Positions 1 to 7,502 of a stretch of 22,465 nt of DNA are shown here, in pieces. Source of the stretch: a virus (lineage: Duplodnaviria; Heunggongvirae; Uroviricota; Caudoviricetes); IMG/VR virus record IMGVR_UViG_3300020049_005532, positions 1-22,465 of that record; one strand, 5' to 3'. A model generated the notes under the pieces. It saw only the letters and a list, made by a program, of their open reading frames with translations. It searched no databases and was not told the DNA's origin. Position 1 is the first letter of the stretch, and the number at the start of each line of letters is the position of its first letter. A program made the translations under genes and the position numbers.

Positions 1-675
1 ACATGTTACTACATACGTCACTAGAGAAGAAGTATAAAGTAGTAAGCTATAAACCTCAGATAAACCTATCCAAGAAAAGTTTATAGTCATGTGTCAATTA
101 GTTGTACAGCTGGGGGTAGGGTACTCTGGAGAGTGGGATAGACACTTGTATAGCTGACAAAAGATATGGTTAAAATAATAGCTATAAACAATTACCCTAT
201 ACAATAAGTTGTTAATTTTACTGGTGTTTTTGGCATTAAAAATAGGTTATTTTCCTATAAACAAATAGTTATTCCCACTATTGATTAAATAAACAAAAAG
301 TAGTATTACTAGTATTCCCGAGGTATTTTATCTGGGGTATATTATATTGGCATATCCAAGAGTTTTATCTGGATAGTGCTAGTTGTTCGTATTAGCCTTG
401 CTATTGAATTTAATTGTTCCCGAGGTATCTTTTGTCACGGTATAATGTATTAGGCTATTATAGCAAGACTGGCAAACCGGACATTGTTTATATCAGATTC
501 TTTACCAAGTATCATGGACAAAAGAAGCTTGGCTATGATGACTTTGTTGTTGTAGAGACGTTGCCAAGTGATTGGAAACCATGTGTAATCTATAAACACA
601 TGTTACTACATACGTCACTAGAGAAGAAGTATAAAGTAGTAAGCTATAAACCTCAGATAAACCTATCCAAGAAAA
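1..675 (+). repeat. 78-bp perfect direct repeat (1-78 = 598-675); left copy cut by window edge
   Basis: ACATGTTACTAC...CCAAGAAAA is identical at 1-78 and 598-675; the copies diverge at 79 (G) versus 676 (T). Confidence 0.95.
205..215 (-). promoter_or_regulatory. TTAACAACTTA motif (candidate phage late promoter), pointing out of the window
   Basis: Plus strand reads TAAGTTGTTAA, the exact reverse complement of the motif at 3296, 5956, 12903 and 21562. Confidence 0.55.
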
Positions 676-782
676 TCATTCCCCTTCCAAATTCAAACAA
701 GATTGCTGTTTATGTAAGAACTGGAAGTTCCGATCATGAATATGGTATTTTTACTTTAAATGATGTTGATGCTATAAACTGC

Positions 783-811
783 TTGACATTTGAAGAAATG
801 CTTGTTAATAT
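783..811 (+). promoter_or_regulatory. sigma70-type early promoter for the microgene array
   Basis: TTGACA (783-788), 17-bp spacer ending TGT, TAATAT (806-811); first array ATG at 818. Confidence 0.7.
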
Positions 812-817
812 GTCCTT

Positions 818-988
818 ATGGAAGAATCAACTCTAGGTGTCTTAATAAGATCAAAAGATAGCGGTTGGTACAGATTCTTTATAACAGAGTCTGAGTATAT
901 TATTCTTGCTTTAAATACATCTAATAAATTAGTTCCAATAGGAACATACAATTCCCGCGTTTATGGTCCTCAAAAGAGGATATTGTAA
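818..988 (+). CDS. 56 aa microprotein, 'YRFWIT' paralog family
   Basis: MEESTLGVLIRSKDSGWYRFFITESEYII...QKRIL*; TAATG overlap with the next gene. Confidence 0.75.
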   Translation: MEESTLGVLIRSKDSGWYRFFITESEYIILALNTSNKLVPIGTYNSRVYGPQKRIL

Positions 989-1154
989 TGTCCAATCTTG
1001 GTGCTCTAAGAGTTCTTGATGGCGATGGATGGTATAGGTTCTGGATAACAGAAACTAGATATCTCATCATGGACCCAAAGGTCCGATAACCAACCTTAGA
1101 AATATTGGATCAGATACTTTCTATAGCCCTAGTATAGGAAAGAAGATACTGTAA
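988..1154 (+). pseudogene. Frameshifted (or -1 recoded) 'YRFWIT' paralog
   Basis: Frame 0 gives MSNLGAL...WYRFWITETRYLIMDPKVR* (stop 1087-1089). The -1 frame continues GPITNLRNIGSDTFYSPSIGKKIL* to 1154, matching the paralog tail TDTFYKPKDGTRVL. Confidence 0.65.
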
Positions 1155-1309
1155 TGTCCAACATCGGAAACCTATACTTAAACATAGATGCTCTATATCG
1201 ACTTTGGATATCGGAGTCTAGATATGTAATCTTTGACCCCGAAGGTAAGACAATCCACGGATCATATACTGATTTTACGCCAGGTAGTGCAGGAAAGAGA
1301 GTACTCTAA
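1154..1309 (+). CDS. 51 aa microprotein, 'YRFWIT' paralog family
   Basis: MSNIGNLYLNIDALYRLWISESRYVIFDPEG...GKRVL*; TAATG coupling on both sides. Confidence 0.8.
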   Translation: MSNIGNLYLNIDALYRLWISESRYVIFDPEGKTIHGSYTDFTPGSAGKRVL

Positions 1310-1473
1310 TGTCTAATCTTGGTGTCATGACAGTTGACCGTCTAGACTGGTATCGCTTCTGGATAACTCCGTCCAGGTATATCATTATACATACCCACAG
1401 TTTGATCCATTTAAAATCAAATTTTGCAACAGATACTTTCTATAAACCTAAAGACGGGACGAGAGTTCTATGA
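1309..1473 (+). CDS. 54 aa microprotein, 'YRFWIT' paralog family
   Basis: MSNLGVMTVDRLDWYRFWITPSRYIII...GTRVL*. Confidence 0.8.
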   Translation: MSNLGVMTVDRLDWYRFWITPSRYIIIHTHSLIHLKSNFATDTFYKPKDGTRVL

Positions 1474-1622
1474 ATCCCATTGGCCACATGAAACTCTTCT
1501 CAGGCAGATATAGGTTTTGGATTACTGACAAAGAGTATATCATTTGGAATGAAGACCGTAACGGACAGCTTGTTACCCGTGGGAACATTATGGATTTTAA
1601 CCGAGGTAAATTAGTTGTATGA
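1470..1622 (+). CDS. 50 aa microprotein, 'YRFWIT' paralog family
   Basis: MNPIGHMKLFSGRYRFWITDKEYIIW...GKLVV*; ATGA overlaps on both sides. Confidence 0.75.
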   Translation: MNPIGHMKLFSGRYRFWITDKEYIIWNEDRNGQLVTRGNIMDFNRGKLVV

Positions 1623-3237
1623 TTTTAATAAAGGTTGATGATTTTGAAATTAAAGGCGTCGCGGCATACAGACTAATTATTGGTCGGATGAGCATTGATA
1701 TTGTAAATTTGGGAATTTCTTATTTTAATTCTGAGTCAGATCTTAAAATGCGCTGGGAATCTAATGACTGGGAGAAGGTGCCGTGGGAATAAAGATATTT
1801 CGCTTCCCAAAAACTAATGATTACCGATTTATCTTTGATGAATTTGTTTTAGGCATGAACACTAAGTTTGAAAGCATTGGATACTGGTCAGAATTTTCTA
1901 GAGGCGATAAGGCATGGAAAGCCGCAGGATGGAAAGAGATATCATGGTAGGCTTAATTTTTCGTAGTCCCTTATATTATCGAATGTGTATTGCACCTGAT
2001 CAAACAATTATATTTAGGCCGGAGGAAAGAGGATATTCCTACATTGAGCTAGGGAAAGAAGTTCCTATTCATAGTCGTTTGAAAACTGGAGATTGGAAGA
2101 TTATATGAAAACTGGCGATCTATGTTTACGACCACTTGAACTATATATTAGCGAGGATGCAGTCATAACTTGGTACTATGATAAGCTATGGCTTAGGATT
2201 GATCGGTGGGAAGAATGAACTTGTATAAACATGAAGATAGTGTGATTACTCGTTACAGATTTGAAGTAGCAAGTCTTGTTTTTTATCTGGCTTACAATGG
2301 AGACATTTTTTATAGTGAAAAAGCTCGTCCAAAAAAAGAAGGCTGGAAAGAAGTGAGATGGAATTCTTAAAAAACCCTAATCCATATGAGCTTGAGACTT
2401 ACTTTGATATTTGGTCTAGTGAATCAGTGAATCCGATTGACGTTTACCTTGCATGGGACTATGAAAATGTATCTGTATAAAACCAAGAGAAACAAGTATT
2501 ACTCTTTAATTATAAGTAAAGGGGTTGTTTTAGATTTTGAAGTGAATTCTCAGATTTGTGGTTGTAGCGAATTCGTTGGCTATAATATAAAAGAGATAGC
2601 AAAAGATTTTCGTGATGCAAGATGGATAAAAGTATGGTAGGAGATCTAGTATCGTTCAATGATAACCAAGCGGGTAATTATTGGGATTTTTTAATAGCGC
2701 CAGAACACTTCATATCTTTTAGTGTTGATCAGGGAGATATTATTTTTCTTCATATTAGTGCAGTATTAAATAGTTGGAGTTAGTATGAAACTTTATCGTG
2801 ATACCTCTGGCAACGGCATTTATCGACTAGTTTTAACTGACAACCTAACAATTGGATTTACTTTTCGTGGCATAAATAAGGTTTGGACAACAAACAACTC
2901 TAACCTATCTTGGGACGAAAGCTATTGGAAAAAACATGATTGGTGATATTAAAACTATTAAAGTTGGCGGAGTGATGTTTTGGGATTTTTGTATTTCAAA
3001 AGACATGTTCCTAACTTTTGCTGAAGGAGATAGGGGAGGAAGCATAGCTTTGTTTCCCATGTCATTTAAAAATGCCTTTAGTGGCGGTTACAAATGATCG
3101 GCGAACTTACATATAAGAAGTTTTATACCTTTAGATCTTGGGATCTTTGTATTTCAAATGAAACTAACCTATGCTTTGTTGAGCACGGTATGATTACTGG
3201 ACAATTTATTTATTTGCTCGCCAGAGGTCGCGAATAA
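1619..3237 (+). CDS. Cluster of 11 further coupled micro-ORFs (1619-1792, 1783-1950, 1944-2108, 2105-2218, 2215-2370, 2358-2480, 2461-2640, 2634-2783, 2785-2946, 2936-3097, 3094-3237), hypothetical
   Basis: Hand translation gives near-gapless, overlapping 37-59 aa ORFs. Several share YR(F/L) or WD(F/L)(C/L)I(S/A) cores and Trp-rich C-termini. Confidence 0.65.
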
Positions 3238-3295
3238 GCATTCGCTCCCTGTTCTATAGCTTTATTGAAAATAAAGCGTTGCGAGACGAGATCCG

Positions 3296-3306
3296 TTAAC
3301 AACTTA
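3296..3306 (+). promoter_or_regulatory. TTAACAACTTA motif (candidate late promoter)
   Basis: Exact 11-mer in the intergenic gap upstream of 3335. Confidence 0.6.
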
Positions 3307-3334
3307 TATAAACAAGTGAACGGAGCGTCGCAGC

Positions 3335-3529
3335 GTGATAGAACTACTCTTAATCATATTTGGTGCTTATGTTGCCAGTAAGCTCATAACGTCTATATTC
3401 GATTACAGCAATAGTACGACTAAACCTAGCGAGTCATCTCCTATAGTCTGCGAAATCCATTCATGGCAATATAACGAAGAAGGATGCCTACAGTGTGTCC
3501 TATGTAAAAAGAAACCAGGAGAAGCCTAA
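3335..3529 (+). CDS. Membrane-anchored small protein with Cys/His-rich C-terminus
   Basis: N-terminal hydrophobic helix, then CEIH...CLQCVLC; GTG start; TAATG overlap with the next gene. Confidence 0.65.
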   Translation: MIELLLIIFGAYVASKLITSIFDYSNSTTKPSESSPIVCEIHSWQYNEEGCLQCVLCKKKPGEA

Positions 3530-3765
3530 TGTCAGAGTTTAAGCCGGAAGAGAACACATCTAACTGTAAGGTATGCGGTGCCGTTGGTAAGCGCATAACG
3601 GTCCATAAGTACGACGCAAAGAACTATAAGTACATTGACGAGGATGGCAAGGCTTGGTGCGGCAAGAAGTGTCCTAAGTGCCATAGAGAGCAAATGCGTC
3701 TCCGTATGCAAGAGAAGCGTAAACGCAAGAAGGAAGACGATGAACTGGCAAAAGCTAAGACGTAG
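3529..3765 (+). CDS. Basic Zn-finger-like protein
   Basis: CKVC...CGKKCPKC followed by an Arg/Lys-rich helix. Confidence 0.7.
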   Translation: MSEFKPEENTSNCKVCGAVGKRITVHKYDAKNYKYIDEDGKAWCGKKCPKCHREQMRLRMQEKRKRKKEDDELAKAKT

Positions 3766-4210
3766 TAGTGAATATAATATTTTCATGGGCACGATCCTAT
3801 TTGGTCTTACTTTTGTATTTACTTTTATTTTTGCTGTACCCAGTCATTATGTAGACCCTGAGCTTAAACCATATGTAGACGATTATATGGCATTACTAGA
3901 CCAGACTTGTCCAGGCAAGGTTAGATATAATAATCAGTTTATTGTAGTTAAAACGAAGCTAGACGAGAAGTACATTGGTATGTGTACGAATCTATTAGAC
4001 TATCGTAAAATAGAAGTAGACACGGCTTTCTGGAACCAGGCAGATGAATATGAGCGAAGACAGCTGATGTACCACGAACTGGCACATTGTGTCCTAAATA
4101 AGAAACATGTCGAAGGATTTGACAATTATATGTACTATCGCAAAAATGATGTTTTACCTTATCTATTAGAAAGCCAAGTCGTATTGGACATGAAGGAATG
4201 GTGTAAATAG
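3740..4210 (+). CDS. Membrane-anchored zincin-type (HExxH) metallopeptidase-like protein
   Basis: Likely start is ATG 3740 after AAGGAAGA; one TM segment; motif MYHELAHCVLNKKH. Confidence 0.75.
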   Translation: MNWQKLRRSSEYNIFMGTILFGLTFVFTFIFAVPSHYVDPELKPYVDDYMALLDQTCPGKVRYNNQFIVVKTKLDEKYIGMCTNLLDYRKIEVDTAFWNQADEYERRQLMYHELAHCVLNKKHVEGFDNYMYYRKNDVLPYLLESQVVLDMKEWCK

Positions 4211-4213
4211 TCC

Positions 4214-4243
4214 TTGACAAAGTAATAGACTTCTTGTTATAAT
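4214..4243 (+). promoter_or_regulatory. Consensus sigma70 promoter
   Basis: TTGACA (4214-4219), 18 bp ending TGT, TATAAT (4238-4243). Confidence 0.8.
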
Positions 4244-4249
4244 GGACTG

Positions 4250-4513
4250 ATGCTAGAAGTCATAATCATAGCAGCTTGCTTAGAAACGTCGGAAGGGTGT
4301 AATTACCTTTCCGATTTTTATTTTAAGCATAAAGGCTATGATCAGATCTATGATGCTTTTTCTAAGAAATATAAACGAGAAATTGAATTAGCTGGTCCAG
4401 GCATTACACTGGTTTCTGTGGCGGTTGAAAGAACAGTTAAGTTTAAATATCGACCGTTTACTTTCGCAATTAAAGAGCAGGAAGCAAGGATAGGATTTAA
4501 CTATGATTTTTAA
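4250..4513 (+). CDS. 87 aa envelope-targeted hypothetical protein
   Basis: Hydrophobic N-terminus ending IIAAC; C-terminal alternating beta-strand pattern ending RIGFNYDF. Confidence 0.7.
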   Translation: MLEVIIIAACLETSEGCNYLSDFYFKHKGYDQIYDAFSKKYKREIELAGPGITLVSVAVERTVKFKYRPFTFAIKEQEARIGFNYDF

Positions 4514-5190
4514 ATGGCATGGACCAAGTAAACATAGTGACAATAGTTCTATTATAATTGCATTTACCGAATGTTTTATATGTTTTACTTATGGCGGAGC
4601 CGTCGATTACGAGATCGGAGCGTATCTAGACTGGCTTAAAACTCATGAATTATACGAGGAAATGTAAATGTTTTTAATTTGGGAAGGCGAGATTCGGATT
4701 GGGTTTGTTTGTATCCAGATGGGTCTTGGAGAAGAATGTCGTTTAGATTTTCTTTATAATGGCAACATTGAACTTGTTCAAATGGCCATACTTCCAGGAG
4801 GCTCTACGGCAGGAAGTTGGAGAACATGGAACTAATTATTAGAAATGATGGAAAAAGACATTTTACATTCTTTATTGTCTTTCGCGATCAAGACCTAGCC
4901 ATTAGACTTTATTCTCGTGCTAGACCGGCAGTCTCTGGCATTGAAGCATTAGAACTGATGTTATGTAATAAATCGCATTATAAATACGACTGGAATAGCT
5001 GATGTTTATGCTTTGGAAACATTACCGGTATTTAAATAAAGCAAATAATTGTTTTGCTTTAGTTCTTGCTACTGGAGAGCAAGGTCTTGTATTTTATTAT
5101 GACGGACATATTAGATATGAAAGACTTGGAGTTCCTGTGCTTTTTTTCGAACCTACTAAAGAACAATGGGAAGAATACATAAATTCTTAG
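4503..5190 (+). CDS. Four coupled small hypothetical ORFs (4503-4667, 4668-4835, 4826-5002, 5002-5190)
   Basis: Hand translation gives 54-62 aa ORFs with abutting or overlapping start and stop codons. Confidence 0.6.
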
Positions 5191-5376
5191 GGGACTATGG
5201 AACTACTTATTCGTTTTGATGATCATACTCGTATTAAAAAAAACATATTTTCTATTTTTTGGAAACACGACAGTTTTTTGGTACGATGATTTTTTAAGCC
5301 ATCCAAAATTAATGATTACCAGTCAGGAAGAACTTAAGAGAGTGAATTCTCTTTCCGTAATGAATAACTTTAACTT

Positions 5377-5787
5377 TTAAGGCAGAAATATACGTTTTCC
5401 TGATTTAGTCTTAGTGGTCTGGAGATGGGTCCAGTTGGACCATTTACCCTTTGTTGCACTGCTGTCTTCTTTATATAAATCGTGCTTCTCTAATAGCTCT
5501 TTGGTGACCTTCTTACAAAGAGTTTGATCTTTATCGTCCATAATGTCTAGGGCTGCCCCGATCATGTGCGAGGACTTCTTGGCTCCTCCGGCAGCTTTAT
5601 TAGCCGTGCTAGGACGAAACCCGCTGCTAATCTTTACCTTACCCCAGTTAAGCTCCGCTAATAGCGCATTAACGCGCTTAAGCAGTTCCTCTGCATTAGC
5701 CTTAACTTCGTCTGTTAGTTCTGGCGACTTAGCTCGTTCAGGGTACGATCCACTTGACGTTATCCAGTCATTTAATGTAATTTTCAT
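5377..5787 (-). CDS. Peptidase M15-family (Zn D-Ala-D-Ala peptidase fold) protein, probable endolysin
   Basis: ISSGFRP...SSHMIGAALDI...WTHLQ (SxHxxGxAxD and downstream His). ATG 5787 is preceded by GGAG. Confidence 0.8.
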   Translation of the reverse strand: MKITLNDWITSSGSYPERAKSPELTDEVKANAEELLKRVNALLAELNWGKVKISSGFRPSTANKAAGGAKKSSHMIGAALDIMDDKDQTLCKKVTKELLEKHDLYKEDSSATKGKWSNWTHLQTTKTKSGKRIFLP

Positions 5788-5858
5788 GGGTTCTCCGCTT
5801 GCTAGGCTCGTATGAGCACAGGTTGGACAGCGCAAATAATGGTTCAAACGCCAAGGAT

Positions 5859-5882
5859 TGCCTGGGTCTGCCTGGGTCTGCC
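5859..5882 (+). repeat. 10-bp tandem duplication (CCTGGGTCTG x2)
   Basis: 5861-5870 equals 5871-5880; period-10 match spans 5859-5882. Confidence 0.95.
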
Positions 5883-5932
5883 ATGTGTTGTTTATAGCTT
5901 CCGCATATGGGACATCGCTGTTTCATTAATTA

Positions 5933-5966
5933 AAGTTGTTAATAAACTAAATATTTTAACAACTTA
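5933..5966. promoter_or_regulatory. Back-to-back pair of TTAACAACTT motifs (5933-5942 minus; 5956-5966 plus)
   Basis: Divergent copies lie between the lysis gene (minus) and the packaging operon (plus). Confidence 0.65.
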
Positions 5967-6072
5967 TTATGACAATTAAAGCAACGCTGAATGTCTGTGT
6001 GACGCTAGGGTGTATCCCGTTTATAGCAGCTTACGCAATTACATTGTCGAGTTTTTAAAATAAAGGAACCAA

Positions 6073-6345
6073 ATGGATAAGTTAAAAGTATTGCCTTTAG
6101 CTCTGGGCGCTCTTTACTTTTTAAAACTAATGGTAATTGAGCCAGTTTTTGCTGACTCGGTAGTGTTTGCTACGCTGGCGGCGTGGTCAATGTTTATAGT
6201 TTATAAAGAAAAAGCGAAAGAACTCGTTGAAGTTGAGGCTAAAATTGTAGCTCGCGATGTTCGTATTAATGAAATTCAAGAAGAAATCGACAAGCTTAAG
6301 GTCAAAGTATCTGGCGTCACTATGAGCCAGTCAATGAGAAAGTAA
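6073..6345 (+). CDS. Two-TM membrane protein with C-terminal coiled coil
   Basis: AAGGAA RBS; two hydrophobic segments followed by a charged heptad-like tail. Confidence 0.7.
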   Translation: MDKLKVLPLALGALYFLKLMVIEPVFADSVVFATLAAWSMFIVYKEKAKELVEVEAKIVARDVRINEIQEEIDKLKVKVSGVTMSQSMRK

Positions 6346-6346
6346 T

Positions 6347-6748
6347 ATGTCTAATATCTTTCTTGAAAAATACAAAAACTACGAAGAACTTATGAATTTT
6401 TGCGTGGCGCAGAACACAAGCATGATTGCCCAGGCCAAGAAAATCGTAGAATTGCAAGAAGAACTAGCACATGTTAAGTCTTTATTGGTAGACTCTGTGC
6501 CAATTTTTGAACCAGACTCGTCAAAATTGGACAAAGACTCAAAAGACGAAGAAGTTATTGCGAGAATTGAGATACAAAAGCTTCGATATGAGGCAATGAA
6601 TCGACCTTTAACTTTTGAAGAGAGCAGAAAGTTAGAAATATACACTAAAATACTATCAAATATTGCTTCCAGGAAAAAGCCCCCAATAATAGATGTGTCA
6701 AATTTAAGTAATGACGATTTATTAGAACAATTAACGGATAAAAAATAA
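6347..6748 (+). CDS. Helical protein, candidate terminase small subunit (by position only)
   Basis: 133 aa coiled-coil-rich ORF upstream of TerL, separated from it only by an endonuclease gene. Confidence 0.45.
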   Translation: MSNIFLEKYKNYEELMNFCVAQNTSMIAQAKKIVELQEELAHVKSLLVDSVPIFEPDSSKLDKDSKDEEVIARIEIQKLRYEAMNRPLTFEESRKLEIYTKILSNIASRKKPPIIDVSNLSNDDLLEQLTDKK

Positions 6749-6749
6749 G

Positions 6750-7502
6750 ATGGCCGCCATTTACGGGTTAATAGATCCTATTACTCAAGAATTAAAGTAC
6801 ATAGGTCAAACAATAAAATCTCCAGAAGTAAGACTAGAAGGTCATTTGCGTGATGCTAGGTATGCAAAATATGGAACTAAAAATATAAGATGGATCAAGT
6901 CTTTACAAGAAAAAGGAATTAATCCCGTTTTAGTGGTTTTGGAAAGCAATTTAGATATCAATCAATTAAATGAACTGGAAATTTTCTATATAGCGTATTT
7001 TAAATTTATTGGTTGCACTTTAAACAACATGACTCCTGGCGGATTAGGACATTTAAACCATGCCCCAAGTCTAGAAACCAGAAAAAAATTAAGCGATTCT
7101 CATAAAAAGAAAAAATGTATAGATTTAGAAACAGGAAAAATATATCCGTCTATGATGTCTGTGCATAGAGAATTTAATTTTCATCAAGGACATTTAAGTT
7201 ACTGTTTGGCAGGTAAAACAGCGTCAATTCATGGCAAATATTTTAGTTACTTACCTAAAAATGTTGAAGATTTATCTAAATGGAAAGCTGATGAGCTTTT
7301 AAAAAGACAATCAATAACACTAAAAGCTAACAATAAATCGTATTTACATAAAAAAATTCAATGTATTGAAACGGGTGAAATTTTTGATAGCCTAAAAGGT
7401 GCGTCAAAAAAACTAAAAGTAAAATCTAGTAGCATTTGTATGGTATTAAAGGGGAGTAGGTCTCGCGTTGGCGGATTTACTTTTAAGTATGTCCGAAATT
7501 AA
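6750..7502 (+). CDS. Free-standing GIY-YIG homing endonuclease with NUMOD3-like and two NUMOD1/IENR1-like DNA-binding repeats
   Basis: IYGLIDP...KYIGQT...RLEGH...LEIFYIA...LNNMTPGG; SLETRKKLSDSH; KKCIDLETGKIYPS and KKIQCIETGEIFDS repeats. Confidence 0.88.
   Translation: MAAIYGLIDPITQELKYIGQTIKSPEVRLEGHLRDARYAKYGTKNIRWIKSLQEKGINPVLVVLESNLDINQLNELEIFYIAYFKFIGCTLNNMTPGGLGHLNHAPSLETRKKLSDSHKKKKCIDLETGKIYPSMMSVHREFNFHQGHLSYCLAGKTASIHGKYFSYLPKNVEDLSKWKADELLKRQSITLKANNKSYLHKKIQCIETGEIFDSLKGASKKLKVKSSSICMVLKGSRSRVGGFTFKYVRN

Noticed and set aside
146-176. TTGTAT...TAAAAT as a sigma70 promoter
   Set aside because: The 19-bp spacer is too long and no convincing gene follows.
414-836. 140 aa ORF in the track
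   Set aside because: TTG start with no RBS; it runs through the repeat region and over the 783-811 promoter; no recognisable motifs. Probably non-coding, though not excluded.
1914-7488. Longest-ORF starts at 1914, 2437, 3635, 5847 and 7468
   Set aside because: Downstream ATGs (1944, 2461, 3740, 5787, 7489) fit RBS or overlap patterns better.
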